Shown one piece after another: positions 1-13,709 of a stretch of DNA of 64,000 nt; the stretch's first letter is position 1; each line of letters starts with the position of its first letter. The stretch lies in NCBI GenBank assembly GCA_964270895.1, contig OZ185449.1. One strand, given 5' to 3'. This stretch comes from Podarcis filfolensis (taxonomy: Eukaryota). The notes below the pieces were generated by a model. It saw only the letters and a program-made list of their open reading frames with translations. It did not search any database and was not told the origin of the DNA. The translations under genes were made by a program, and so were the position numbers.

Positions 1-2877
1 CTGTGTTAATCTGGGGTATTTTGTATGCATTGAGCTACATCACTTTCCCCATGTTTTCTGTCCCATTAAGTGGAGGAAAGGGGTAGTCTTGAAACACTCT
101 TCCTAGAAGCCACCAGGAAACTGCACATCAGTCCTAGTCAATGCCATTTCAGAAGTGATTTTCAGGGCATTATCCAACTGGCAAACAGAGCAACAATGTC
201 AGGAAGAGAGATATATATATATATATCTCGAGGACCTATCCCATCTCTGTCTCACATTCATTGATACAAACCAGTATTGACTGATCTATTTTTGACACAG
301 TGCTGATGCCTCTTAGGACAGGACATCATGGCTAGGTTCCTTAAAATGCAGTGTTGCAAACTGTCACTTTTTGCCTCCTAGACACTTTTGTCCTCTATTT
401 TAGCAGCATGACTCAGAAGAAAGGGAGCGGGGGTTGTATACATGGTGACATCAAAGAGAAAAGGAACAAGAAATTTCCTGCCACTGTAGCACAAAGGTGA
501 GAGTGGTAGGTTAGGACCAGGGAGTCAAACGTTCAAATATCTCACTGAGCCACAAAGCTCGCTGGATCATCTCACTCTTTCGCAACCAAGTCTATCTCAC
601 AGGGTTATTGCAGGATAAAAGGAGAGTAAGTCCCCTAAATAAGCTTTCTTGGGAATATTTTTTAGGGTCAGAATAGGGGTATCTTATTGTTTATTTATTG
701 CGAGCAGCTTGACTTGTTATAGGCTGGTTTTCTTGAACTTTTGCAGACATCCAGATTTTTTGTTTCGGTTGTTCTAGGCTAAACCACATCCTGTGCTTGA
801 GATTGCTGAATTGAGATCAACAATTTGTTATTTATTTAACCACCCCAGTTGCACTTACAGCAGGCCTTCATGGGTGCTGTCCTCTATTATTTTAATTACG
901 TGTGTGTATTGTAGTGTTTCACATTAATTAGACAATTTATGCAAACACACGTGTTAGATAACTTATAGAAGCATAAGCACTTTCGGAATCAAACCCCCCC
1001 CATTTCCCCCCAAATATCCCTTCATATACAAGCTGTGGGATGTTGTAAAAGGAAGGCAAGGCTATTGTATACAATGAATGAGGACTGAGGGCTACATGTT
1101 TTTTAAGAGGCCCTGGTTCAGTTTGCTTCTAGGGTAGATCAGCATATGCTGAGATCATCAGCAGAGAATGCCATTCATGCATTTCCTCCCATTATTCTAC
1201 TCGCACTGCCTGTCTTCATTGAGAAAAAAAGAGGGAAGAATATATTCTGTGAGAATAAAGACACGGCAGATAAACATCCTGAATGCAGCCCCCTCTCACT
1301 TGGCCACACCCCCTCCCAGGCCACACCTCTCAATGGCCCTGCACCATGCTGTCTTGACTGCTTTTGCTTGTCCAGTTTACCTGGCTGGAGTGCATCCTTG
1401 AACTCTGATAATTTAGGGTCGCCATATATACTGGAAAATTCCAGTAATGTCCGGGGGTGGGGGCTAAATTGGCACCCAGTGAGAACTTTCAATTTAATAG
1501 TAAATGTCCAGGATTTTGTCTGCTCCTCGGAAGAAGCAGAAGAGCTATGCAGCGATTGCTTCCTTGTAGCCTCCTAGATGGCAATTTCAGGAGTCCACTT
1601 GCCACCCTGTCATCCACCACTGCCAGTCGCCCTAATAAAGCTCAAAAACTATGGATTGTCCCCCCCCCAAAAGGACAACTTTTTGGAGCAATTGTGTCAG
1701 GATTTGTAGAGAGATGCGGGTGCAGCTGCAGACAAGTCTGACTTTGCGTAGAAGGTAGCTCACTGTCCAGAGGTTAAAAAAGAAAAGAAAAGTCACATCC
1801 ATTGATACACTCACCTGTTGCCTATGGTTTCCTCTGAGAGTTAAAAAAAAGGTGTCCCTGCCCACCCCCACTCCCCGACACTGATCTAAATTGATGGTCA
1901 GGTCAAATCAGGCTGCCTCTGCTAAGCACTGGGAAAGTCATCAGTTACCACCTTTACATATATGGGAACAAGCAATGTGGCATTGCAGTGTTTAAACTGT
2001 TGTATTACAATAACTTATGGGTGACTCCCTGGAATGCATTTTTTCCCTCAAAATTGGGAGAGCAAAACAAGTGGGGAGGTGATATTCCCAGTCATATAGA
2101 ACCAGGGCCAGCTGAAGACATTTTTGCTCCTAAGGTGAATCTTAAAATGGTGCCTTCTTGCCTGGGAAGAAGGAGTGTTTGAAGATTTAAATCAGGAATG
2201 AGTGGGGCGGTGGCAGGGGGCGGGAATAAAGATCTACGTTGGGAACAAGGGTGGGAATCAAATCAGCCTTACCTGATGGTTGAAGTAGGAATCAAAGGCT
2301 GTTACAGGGGGGAATGGACCACCTCCACTGGGTAGGTGCAGAGTCCAGGAGACTCCAGAGGGGATGGGGAAGAGACCAACAGCGTCTCCTATTCACCGAG
2401 AAGCCACTGTGGAGGCAGCATTGCCCAGTGGGCTCTCAGCAAATAGGTGCTGCTGCTACTGTTGCTGGTCTCTGCCTATCCCTAGGGATGAGATAAGACT
2501 AGCAGTGCCTCCTATTTGCCAAGAGGCCATTACAGAGGTGGGAGGCTGAGGGGCCAATAGATCTTTCTTCCAAGGAGTGTGCTGCAGCTGTCAGCAGAAG
2601 CAGCAAGGAATGCATTCCTAGGAGGTTGGATCTGCTGCCCCTGTAGATCCTGCCACCTGAAGCAGTTGTCTCCTCTTGTTTCATGGGTGCACCGGTCCTG
2701 TATAGAACTACTTTGCATATTAGTAAATTGTAAAATGGCAGTAGAACATTTGATAACAAATCACTAGGCTACTACTTTTTGTTTTTTAATTAATAGTTCC
2801 CTTGCTTTGTATTTTTGTTATTATAGCAAAGACACTATGTTGGATGTTAATATGAAATGGAAAATATATGCCATTAC

Positions 2878-3214
2878 CAGGGCCGGATTTAGGTTTGATG
2901 AGGCCCTAAGCTACTGAAGGTAATAGGGCCCTTTATATGTCCAGCTGTCCTTTGTCAACAACAAATTGTCGCTGTTTTTTGTGTTGAATATATGTTTTTG
3001 GTAATTTATGGACCTAATAGGTATCTAAAGCCATTTGTGTTGCCTACACAACACAAAACACTGTTGCTGTATGTAGGTTTTATTTTATTTGTTTTTTTAT
3101 CTTATATTTTGGAAATGTACATCCAGTTTTTTCCCCTTTAATTTTTTTGGGGGCCCCCAAGAGAGTGGGGCCCTAAGCTATAGCTTGTTTAGCTTATACG
3201 TAAATCCAGCACTG
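2878..3214. mobile_element. hAT MITE
   Basis: TIRs CAGGGCCGGATTTA / TAAATCCAGCACTG and a perfect 8-bp TSD GCCATTAC. Confidence 0.9.
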
Positions 3215-5092
3215 GCCATTACTTACAAACAGACATATTTAAAGAGTCAGCTTAAGTCAAGCCAAGTCAAATAGCACCCTGACCGCTGACTTCACAAGCC
3301 AAGTAAAAATAAAATACACAGGTTAAACAAAACTCCAAGTGATTAAAAATTAATAAAATAGATTATTCTAGGCAGACTTACACAACCAATTATTGACAGA
3401 GGGCTGTATCCAACCATGTTCTATGCAGAGCAGAACCATTGAAAGAACCATGAATTTACTCTGAGTAGGACTGGGAATAGATACGACCCAGAATATACAC
3501 TAGCACACACCCATCATTGCAATACTAGCAATGCTTTTAAGTATTCCGGAATTTTAATTGGCAATAATAAATGTCTCAATATGTGACCCAGAATTACTGA
3601 CTTGCTGTTATGTTATCCTGATTATGTTGGGCCAGATTGGTGGTGGAGAAGAAGATGCACATGAAGCTTTAAGTCACTGTCACCTTGAATTACTGCATAA
3701 CCTCTGCAAAAAGGCATTCCTCATAAAGTAATTAAGAAATAATAGATGTCTGGAATGATTTATGGATTGGGGAGCATCTACTGAAGCCTGAAATGCAACA
3801 GATTTATGACAGCGGAGAAGAATAAACTGGGGATAATACACAAGGGCTATATAAATTCCTGATTAACGAAGAATCAATGACATTAATGTTTTCACAGTTA
3901 ACTCCAGAAACTGATGATAAAACTAATGTTTATAAATAAATTGCAGAACAGGTACAATGATCCCAAGAAATGAAGGGTGTAGGACCAGTGAAATAAATGT
4001 TGCTGACTGAAGATGACTCAGGTGGGGTCATCTCATAGAGGCTGTTGAACAAAGTGGGAATGAGCAACGCTGCCCGATCTCAGTGTCCCATCAAAATATA
4101 TTCCCTTTTTCATTTGGGAGAACCCTTGGGGTTGATATTGAGGATGCTGGGAAGAACATAGATGTTATTAGTTGAACCTTGCTGCTGGTAAAACACCCAG
4201 AATGTAACACAGGTTGCATCTGCGCTGTTCATTTAAAGCATGATCATACCACTTAAAATAGTCTTGACTTGCCCTAAGAACGTTGGGGGCTGTAGTTAAA
4301 GGTGCTGAGTGTTGTTAGGAGATCCCTGTTCCCCTCACTGAGAGGTTTTGCTCTTCTTGTACATAACAGAAAGACATTTAACTAACAGATAAAGCTGAAA
4401 AACTCCCTCAAAACTTTGTAGCCAATAGAGCATGAGCTACCTCACTGAAGAACATGCCACTCTGCCTGGGTTCTAAGAAACACCTCCACTGTCCCCCTCT
4501 TGGCTAACCGACATACTGATAAAAGGATTAACTTTTAAGTCATACACTGAATGATCTCTCCTGTTTTACTCCCAACAAATATTTGCTAGATTGAGGTGAC
4601 CCTGACCTGGGTAAATTCAAACTGCTCCAGGGCTATGGCAACAGCCACCCACACAAGGCCTGCTGACGTGAATGACAATCTCTTTATATGCCCTCTGGTT
4701 GCCAAGTTGCACAGTCAAGAGCAATTGGGAACATACTCAACCTGTGATGAATTTAAATGACGAAAATATTTGTTTTGAAGAGAACAATTTATTTGTGCTG
4801 GAGAAATTCTAAATCCTGTACACTGAGATTAAAAAAGAAAAGGTAAGCTTGCCCTCTCTTTCAGTGTAAATGGCACATTTTGCTAAAATATTATTTTTCA
4901 TTATGTGTCTGATAGGTCTGAAAGCTTAAACCGGATGAGGATGAATCAGACAAAAACACCACATGAACCGTCATCCAGCAAATAAAAGATAATCCTGCAG
5001 AAGAATAAGAAAATATTTGTTGCTTATAGGCACTGAAACTTTGGCTTCTTCCAAACAGTTTGGAAAATCTTGGGTCCTTCTGTACACTCTAC

Positions 5093-5417
5093 GGCCCCAT
5101 CTGCACTATACATTTAAAGCAGAATCACACCACTTTAAACTGGCTTCCCCCAAACAATCCTGGGAACTGTAGTTTGTTGAAAGTGCTAAGAGTTCTTAGG
5201 AGACCCCTATTCTCCACACAGAGCTACATTTCCCAATCAAACTCTTTCCTCAATGAACTCTGGGAACTGTAGCTCTGTGAAGGGGACAGGAGCTGCCTAG
5301 CAACTCTCAGCACCCTTAACAAACTATGCTTTCTGGGATTCTCAGGGTTGGGGGAAAGAGCCATGGCTGTCCAGTGTGGTGTGATACTGCTTTAAATGGT
5401 AAAGTGCAGATGGGGTC
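5093..5417. mobile_element. MITE with long internal inverted repeats (possibly PIF/Harbinger-like)
   Basis: TIRs GGCCCCATCTGCACT / AGTGCAGATGGGGTC. Related partial copies at about 4215-4345 and 6450-7040, the latter split by BovB. Superfamily is inferred only. Confidence 0.65.
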
Positions 5418-5431
5418 ATAGAGGCATCTGT

Positions 5432-5854
5432 AGGAACATAGGAAGCTGCCTTATACCAAGTCAGATCATTGGGTCATCTACCTCAGTATTGCTGACACTG
5501 CCTAGTGCCAGCTGCCCAGGGTTTCAGGCAGAGAATCTTTCTCAGCCCAGTCCTACCTGGAGATGCCAGGGATTGAACCTGAGACCTTTGGCATGCAAAT
5601 GAGGCACTCCGCAAGTAACTATAAGCCTTCGCCTAAAATTAAAGTGATTCCAGTCTTCATGACTCTGAGTGGCCATAGAAAACTACCATATATTGGCTCA
5701 GACCAATGTTCTACCTAGTGTTGCTTACACTGACTGGCAGCATCTCTCGAAGGCTTCAGGCAGAAGTCCTTCCCCAACCTTACCTGAGACACCAGAGATT
5801 GAACCTGGGATTTTTTGAATGCAAAGCTGGTGTTCCATCACTGAGCTAAGGTCC
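5432..5854 (-). mobile_element. Two adjacent Squam2-like SINE copies (about 5432-5625 and 5690-5854)
   Basis: Reverse-complement matches to the 18420 and 23850 SINE family. Confidence 0.65.
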
Positions 5855-6523
5855 TTTGCATTGCAATCAACACATCTGAGTTCAAATGCTGCCACGGCAG
5901 TGGGTTACTTACTGGGCCTCATTCCTACTCAGGTTACACCAAGATTTGGAGAGAGAGAGGAGGAAAAAACCCATCTTTCATAAGCAACATCCGGAGCTGA
6001 CATTTGCTAGAGGTTGGTAATTGCTTCATCCTTTGGGTGAGGGACTTATTTACTCTGACAGTGGACTGAGCACCTCTGAGATAAAGAAAAAGAAAGACAT
6101 AGCTGAGACTGACCTTAGGCACGTGCACTTATTCTGTCAGGGCTCAAAGATGCTATTTGATGAAGATCCACAGTGATGAATGCCAAGCACTATTGGTAAC
6201 TCTGTTTAGGAGAATGTCAGATCCTTTCTACATAGCTTAAAATTTACTCAATATTGTTACTAGTTTTGACAAGTTTTGAGGAAGGTCGTGGCACTGAGGC
6301 CAGGATGGAAAATGGAGGTGCCTTTTAATTGATAGGCATTTCACTAATGTCACCCCACTGTGGAAGAATATAATACTGCAGATTATATAGACCCAGACCC
6401 AGTTTTAGAGCCCTGTTCATGCATTCCTGCCACAAGTTTTCAGAAACTTCAGAGTTACAATTCTCAGATTAGTTTATTTCGCTTCTCAGGGAACTCCAGA
6501 AGATTTGGCTCTTTGAGGGGAAT

Positions 6524-6902
6524 TGTTGTTGTGTTGTTTAGTCGTTTAGTCGTGTCCGACTTGTTGCAACCCCATGGACCAGAGCACGCCAGGCACTCCT
6601 GTCTTCCACTGCCTCCCGCAGTTTGGTCAAACTCATGCTGGTAGCTTCCACAACACTATCCAACCATCTCATCCTCTGTCGTCCCCTTCTCCTTGTGCCC
6701 TCCATCTTTCCCAACATCAGGGTCTTTTCCAGGGAGTCTTCTCTTCTCATGAGGTGGCCAAAGTACTGGAGCCTCAGCTTCAGGATCTGTCCTTCCAGTG
6801 AGTACTCAGGGCTGATTTCCTTAACATTGGATAGGTTTGATCTTCTTGCAGTACATGGGACTCTCAAGAGTCTCCTCCAGCACCATAATTCCAGCACCAT
6901 AA
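6524..6902 (-). mobile_element. 5'-truncated BovB (RTE) LINE
   Basis: Translation EISPEYSLEG...LQYFGHLMRREDSLEKTLMLGK.EG.RRRGRQRMRWLD is the BovB C-terminus. Short-repeat tail. 12-bp TSD TTTGAGGGGAAT at 6512-6523 and 6903-6914. Confidence 0.92.
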
Positions 6903-7737
6903 TTTGAGGGGAATAGGGTTCTCCTAAAAACTTAACAAACAACAGCCTTAACAAACTACAGCTCCCAGGATTCCTTGGGGAAAGTTATGACTGCTCAAAG
7001 TGGTACGATACTGCTTTAATTGTATAGTGCAGATGGCACCTTAATCTGGAGTTTTGGTTGGTGGTGAGCTCTCCTTCACTGTAGGCATCTGAGAAGCTGG
7101 ACAGCCATCCGTCAGGGACGCTATAGTTTCATATTGCCTTGGAGACCCTGTATCAAGTTGATCTAATTGATCTCCATGGTCCCTTCCAAATTTGATGTTT
7201 CCATAAACTTCCATGCACAGCACAAATCAGTCAGAGCAAACCTTTCAGAAATGATAATGTGATTTCTCCTTGGCATGAGAAATCTGTGTTTGTGTTAAAC
7301 ACTTCTCCCTATTTTCATGTATGAAATACTGGAGGATATTTCATAGGAATTAAAAAGGAGCCGAGGCTGCAAAACCAAAATGTATCATATTTGCAAGGGG
7401 ATTCCCCCCCCATCTCACCCCACTGTGCGAGGCACATTGTCTTTCTATTTTGTCATTCCACCAACTGACACCTGCAAAGTCGATTCTAAGCCACCTTGTT
7501 GGAGACCTCCTATATGGCTGCCATTGTTACATTCTTGAAAGCAACATGTTTCATGAGCTCTGATTCAGGATATCAAAAAAAAGAGAGAGTAATATGTCAT
7601 TCTCTACCTAACAAGTTATTCAAGGAATTGGGGGGGGGGGCTAATTCAAAGACCGGCAACATTAGCAAACAGCCAAGATGATTTTCACAGCTCCCACGGG
7701 CTTCTCTAAAAAATATTGTTGCTGAGGAATAACGTGT

Positions 7738-7738
<1 letters not shown>

Positions 7739-7771
<33 letters not shown>

Positions 7772-7787
7772 TCTCTCTCTCTCTCTC
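7739..7787. repeat. (CT)n microsatellite
   Basis: Direct reading. Confidence 0.95.
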
Positions 7788-8625
7788 AAAAAGAAGTCAT
7801 CTCTCAAACAAAAGACAAAATGGATATAGGGAATTGGCTGGAAATAGAGAAGTGGATTGTATGCACCAATCAACTCCAATATTCAATCATAAATCAAGCT
7901 ATGCGGACACAATATCCCCATGTAACAGGCGAATGGTGCATGAGGATAGGGAACTCATTTATGAAAAATGTAATTGCTTGCCAGAGAGGGAAGCTGACAG
8001 GGAATATGTGATGGGTGACATGGCAATTCTCAGGAAACTCAAAATGAGTCAAATATGCCGTAGGAGCATGTAATATGCTTGGGAGGCAAATTCACAGCCA
8101 CATCCATTATTTAGGCACTTGACAGTTTCTGCTTTCTTGAGGCAGGAGTGAGGAACCTGTGGTCCTCCAGATGTTGCTGGACTCTAGCGATGAACACCCT
8201 TTACCACTGCCAAGGGGCTGATGGGGTCCAACAGAGCCTGGAGGGCCACAGGTCATTAATCCACAGGTCAACCCCACCTTTAAAAACAAACCAATAAACC
8301 AAGCATTTCTGGTGAATACGATGATGGTGATGGAATAATATACCTTAATCCCACATTTTAAGTGCTTTGCATTTCTCCAGCAAGTTCATATCACTATACA
8401 TAGAAAGATGTTTCAATCCCTGGAGCATCACAGTTGTTAGGGAACTTCCGCATGACCCAGAAAAGCTGAAATTTGGTGCACATGTAATTCAGGGCACCCT
8501 GATTACTAGGAAAACTGAAAATGAGACATTTGTACTTCTCTCTTTTAAAAAAAGATAATAGGGACAAAAAGTCCACTGTAAAACAGTTAAGAGACACTAG
8601 TTGTCTGAGACCTTATATAAGAGTA

Positions 8626-8783
8626 CAGTCGTACCTTGGATCCCAAACGCCTTGCGAGTCAAACATTTTGGCTCCTGAACGCCGCAAACCCGGAAGTGAC
8701 TGTTCCAGTTTGCAAACATAGTTTGGAACCTGAATGTCTGATGTGGCTTCTGCAGCTTCCGTTTGGCTGCAGGAGCTTCCTGT
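8626..8783. mobile_element. Half Tc1/mariner MITE related to 10097-10347
   Basis: TA-CAGTCGTACCT start, ends in the shared TTTGGCTGCAGGA segment. Confidence 0.7.
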
Positions 8784-10096
8784 AGAGTAGAGTAGAGGAG
8801 AGGAGACACACTGAAAACAAGGGATCTTGACTTGCTTAACCCTATTGACTTCTCTGGAATCTGAATGTCAATGACACTGGATACAATCCTGTATATTTAA
8901 AGGGAGCCCGGATGTATTGGACACATTTATGAGGTAGGAGTGTTGCATTCTGAGATGCTACACTACCACTGGTGGCTGGTGTCCATTGGAACTAGTTGGA
9001 CAGAAAGCAGAGAGACCAACAGTAGGTGGAGCTAAAGGCAATGTTAGGCAGAGCCAATTCATTCTAGTTTTGACACCATCCTCCTCCCTGCTGAAATCTG
9101 CAAAGGCAACACTGAGACTAAGGAAGAGGGAGCTGGCAGGCAAGACCTTGTCCAGGTAGTCAGTTGAGAGAAGACTTAGGTTGGTGCCTCACTCACCCTA
9201 AAGGACCAGCCTCCACTACTGTGTAACAATTTGGTGGTGGAGAAAATGATGATGGAAGTATATTCCTTCCATGTTTGTGGGCTTATTGGAAACATATAAT
9301 GGTTCAGTGGTGGGGTTAGATCTGGGAGGGAAACCCATGAATGTAGATATTGGTGGACTTCAGCTGTCATCAACCAAAGCAAGCATGGTGAACAGTCAAA
9401 AGATTATGGGAAATGTAGCCCAGTAACTTTTGAAGGGTGACTAGATTCTTGATCCCTGGATTGTGTGGATACTTGATGTGATCCAGCAGGGTACACCTAA
9501 AAAACCAGTAACACATTAATCTGATCAAATTGTGTATATAAATATATGCACTCACAGCAAAGATTTAAGTAATGCAAACTGAGTTCAGATAGAAAAGTCC
9601 TGATAAAACTTTACTAAGCAAATTGAACCAAAACAGTGTATAATTTGAGGAGAATGGAACAGAGAGATACTGGCTTTCTTAGTTCAGACCTAGCACATAG
9701 TACGGAGACATTTAACCAAATATACAGAAGAAAACTCCCTCAGACCTATACAGCCAATCAGAGCAGTGAAAATCATGCCACTCTGCCTGGTTGCTAAGTA
9801 AGATCTGCACTCATCCTCCTCTTGGTTAGTTGACTTACTGATAACCAAGGCTGGCCCAAGATATTTTGGCGAACCACAAAATGGTGCCTGACTCCTCACA
9901 AGGGAAGAAGGGGTGAGTGAGCAGCTACATCAGGAACAAGGCTGGAATAAAGATCTACATTGGGATCTGGTGCCCCTGTGAATCCTGCCACCTGAGGCGG
10001 TTACCTCACCTTGTCCCATGGTTCGGCCAGCCCTGCTGATAGCAGAATTAACTCTTAAGTTACAGACTGAATGATCCTGCTGTTGCATTCCTAATA

Positions 10097-10347
10097 CAGT
10101 TGTGCCTCGGAAGTCAAACAGAATTCGTTCCAGAAGTCCATTCGACTTCTGAAACATTTGACTTCCAAAGCATGGCTTCTGTTTGGCTGCAGGAAGCTCC
10201 TGCAGCCAATCAGAAGCCGCAGAAGCCTCGTCAGACGTTCAGCTTCCAAAAGAATGTTCGAGAACTGGAAGACTCACTTCTGGTTTTCAATCATTTGGGA
10301 GCCGAAATGTTCGATTCCCAAGGCGTTTGGGAGCCGGGGTACGACTG
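10097..10347. mobile_element. Tc1/mariner MITE
   Basis: TA-CAGTTGTGCCTCGG ... CCGGGGTACGACTG-TA. Confidence 0.85.
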
Positions 10348-11473
10348 TACTCTTTTTCAATAGCTGGATGTCAACCAGGCCCACCACATCGGTCCACCTC
10401 AGAACGAAAAACTATGTTGAACATTTCAGGCTTTCAACAACTATAACTTATTGTGAGAGAGGGGAGGGAGGGAAAAAAAGAGAAAAAAACCAAACTAGAG
10501 CTGACAACCTGCTTATGAGGCTCTTTCCCCCCTCTGGTTCTTCCTTAACAAGCGAGTTAAGTGGCAAGTCTGCAAAAAGAAATGTGACATTTGCTCCAGC
10601 TGCAATATGATACAAGTGTCTAAATTGAATGTTCTCTTTTTCTGCCTCTCTCTCTTTTATAAAAGTCTCCAGGCTATGTATATTTATATATTCTTTCCCA
10701 TTAGAAAGTACTGGAACTTCTCAATCCCTCCTAACAAAAGGCCCCTTTCTCTGCTTTTTCTCTGAAGTATTGAAATATTGTGGGCATAATGCTTAATAGT
10801 GGAAAAGCAAATGTGTGCTTCATGCTATGGGCCACCCTGCTGAGGCAGCAGTTTGCAAGATATAGGACTGAACGATACACTTTGCTGCAGACCAAGGTCT
10901 GTGAATCCTGATTGCTGCTGGAGGTGTGGAAGGAATTCAACCAAGTTTGCATTTAAAGGTGAATCTGAAATTCACACACTTCAAAACAATATGAAAACTG
11001 AAACAAAACCTTCCTTCAAAAAACCACTCTGGTCCAGATTCTACGATGCAGCTCTCCAACAAAATAATGTTTGTAAAATTGCATATATTATGTAACAGTG
11101 TGCAGGCCATGGTGCTGTATGGATGTACAAGGGGGTGCCAGTTTTGGGAACAGTGGAGGCACAGCCCTCCCCAATAAGAATATAAAGCAATTTTAACCCC
11201 CCCACCTGCCAACTCCCCCCCCACAAACAAATAAACAAACTTCAAAGCCGCACACACTTTCCTTTCTTACACACATTTTATACTTGCTTTTCAGCTCAGA
11301 GAAGTTCTTCAGACATTTCTGCCAATCTGTTTTCTGGACAGTCCGCTCTCTGTACCACTAAACCAAAAGCATAGCTATGTCAAAGGAGGCCCTCCCTTGT
11401 GCCTCTAAGCAAAACCACCAGTGATAGGATTGCCTACTCTCCATCTGCTCTAATGAGGCCAATCTAGCAGAGG

Positions 11474-11611
11474 CAGGGTTTCCCAATCTTGGGTCTCCAG
11501 CTGTTTTTTTGGACTGCAACTCCCATTATCCCTAGCTTGCAGGACCAGTAGTCAGGGATGATGGGACTTGTAGTCCAAAAGCATCTGGAGACCCAAGTTT
11601 GGGAAACCCTG
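11474..11611. mobile_element. Palindromic hAT-like MITE
   Basis: TIRs CAGGGTTTCCCAA / TTGGGAAACCCTG. TSD not recognisable. Confidence 0.75.
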
Positions 11612-12199
11612 CTGTAGGAGATTAGGGAAGGGTGAGGAGGACACTGATTCAAGAACAGCCTTATGGGGTAGCCTTAGCCTAGGTCAGAATCATATAATGG
11701 TTCTGAGCATGCTCAGAGCTGAAGCCCACACCAATGCAGCTGAGCTTTAGGAGTGTGCTTGCTCCCTGAGCAGCCTTGCTGCTTCCTCCTTTTTCTTTGC
11801 TGCCTCTTTATGAGAGCGAGAACTACCGGCATATGGTGAGTCTCTTGTTTGCAAAATAAATGTTTTTGGTTATTACTCTTTTTATTTAGTGAACGAGAAT
11901 ATTGGGAGGACTTAAGTTATTATTCTTGTTTGTCAATCCTGCAGATGTTAAGCTTCATTTGAAGCTGCTGGGATGAAAATTCATTATGCTGAGACTGAGA
12001 TAAGGGGAGAGTTTTGGCCTGTCCCATCTTGAAAGCTTGGACCGTTGTCCAAACCTTCACTGTCTTCACTCACTGTGCCTCAACACGCAGGTTTTACAAA
12101 GTGCTTAGGCTTGGACTTAGGAGAGAGTCTGTAGCAGGAGGGAGTAGCATAGGCACAACCACTAATGCCTTTCATCTAATTTCTTTCTGAATATAAAAA

Positions 12200-12520
12200 C
12201 ACAAGAAGAGCCCTGCTGGATCTGAAAAATGCCCATCTAGTCCTGCACTCTCTTCTCATAGCGGCCAATCAGATGCCTGTAGGAAGCCTACTTAAGAACA
12301 TAAGAGGAGCCTGCTGGATAACCATCTAGTCCAAGATCCTGTTCTCACAGTGGACACCCAGAAGCCCATGGGAGATCCACAAGCAGGATCCAAGCATGAG
12401 GTCACTCTCCCCTCCTGCAGTTTCCAGCAAATGGTTTTCTGAAGCATTTTGCCTCCAACTGTGGAAGCAGAACATAGCCATCATGACTAGTAGCCATTGA
12501 TAGTATCCTCCATGAATATG
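12200..12520 (-). mobile_element. CR1-type 3' end fragments (two partial tandem copies)
   Basis: (AAGAACAT)AAGA(A/G)GAGCC(C)TGCTGGAT...CCATCTAGTCC occurs at about 12203 and 12293. Confidence 0.6.
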
Positions 12521-12570
12521 TCTCTTGGGGGTGTCAGTGCTGCAAACCCCTCCATTGTAGACTCAGACTC

Positions 12571-12827
12571 AGAGCCAGTGTGGTGTAGTGGTTAAGAGCG
12601 GTAGTCTCGTAATCTGGGGAACCGGGTTCGCGTCTCCGCTCCTCCACATGCAGCTGCTGGGTGACCTTGGGCCAGTCACACTTCTCTGAAGTCTCTCAGC
12701 CCCACTCACCTCACAGAGTGTTTGTTGTGGGGGAGGAAGGGAAAGGAGAATGTTAGCCGCTTTGAGACTCCTTAAAGGGAGTGAAAGCCGGGATATCAAA
12801 TCCAAACTCTTCTTCTTCTTCTTCTTC
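12571..12827 (+). mobile_element. tRNA-derived SINE, Squam3-like, with (CTT)n tail
   Basis: A box TGGTGTAGTGG, B box GGTTCGCGTCTCC, GGGTGACCTTGGGCCAGTCAC core, GCCGCTTTGAG 3' motif. CpGs retained, so probably young. Confidence 0.85.
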
Positions 12828-13320
12828 ATATGTGTGTAAATAAACCATATATCCTAAAGACACCACAGCCTCTTCTGTTTCTCATTCTGAGGAAACCGAA
12901 CCCTGGGTAAGCTCCTGGAACCCCTGGGTGGGCTGTTCAGTGTGGTACTCCAGGACTCTCTGTCTGGCTCCCTCACTTGCTCTGCTTCACACCTGCCTTG
13001 AGTGTTTTTTTCCTGGCTGGAATACAGCCTAGAACTCTGATCATACCTCTTGCTTCCCTGGGTGGAACATGAGGCGGGGCCTGTGAGTGTGTGCAAACCA
13101 GTGTACTGTACAAAGATGATATTTACATCAATTGCCCCACCCATTTTTGCCTCTAGCCCCACCCACTTTTTGCACATGGGCCCTAGAAAAATGCAGAGCA
13201 GGGAATGCCGCCCTCAGAGTTCCTTGAGCTTGCCGTAAGGTGTTGTTTAGGCTAACCAAACTCTATTGCACACTCCTTGGTTTTGATGATATCTGTGGTA
13301 TATCCTTTGTGGGAAGATCA

Positions 13321-13709
13321 TTGGTGCTGACCTTTAAAGCCCTAAACGGCCTTGGTCCAGTATATCTGAAGGAGCGTCTCCACCCCATCATTCTACCCGG
13401 ACACTGAGGTCCAGCTCTGAGGGCCTTCTGGCGGTTCCCTCACTGCAAGAAGCCAAGTTACAGGGAACCAGGCAGAGGGCCTTCTCGGTAGTGGCACCCT
13501 CCCTGTGGAATGCCCTCCCACCAGATGTCAAAGAGAAGAACAACTACCAGACTTTTAGAAGACATCTGAAGGCAGCCCTGTTTAGGGAAGCTTTTAATGT
13601 CTGATGTATTACATTATTTTAATATTTTTTTGGAAGCCGCCCAGAGTGGCTGGGGAAGCCCAGCCAGATGGGCGGGGTATAAATAATTAATTATTATTAT
13701 TATTTATTA
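13321..13709 (+). mobile_element. 5'-truncated L2-clade LINE with (TTA)n tail
   Basis: ORF2 end (...FRRHLKAALFREAF) and a 3' UTR highly similar to the copy at 38376. Confidence 0.85.

Noticed and set aside
1146-1577. 143-aa ORF and overlapping short ORFs
   Set aside because: No recognisable domain or splice context; overlaps degenerate DNA-transposon-like sequence.
6538-6954. 138-aa ORF as a host gene
   Set aside because: It is the BovB ORF C-terminus.
12571-12650. tRNA-like sequence as a true tRNA gene
   Set aside because: A and B boxes continue into a SINE body and tail, with no complete cloverleaf acceptor stem.
12516-12833. ATATGT as TSD of the Squam3-like SINE, implying a 48-bp 5' extension
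   Set aside because: A 6-bp AT-rich match is too likely by chance.
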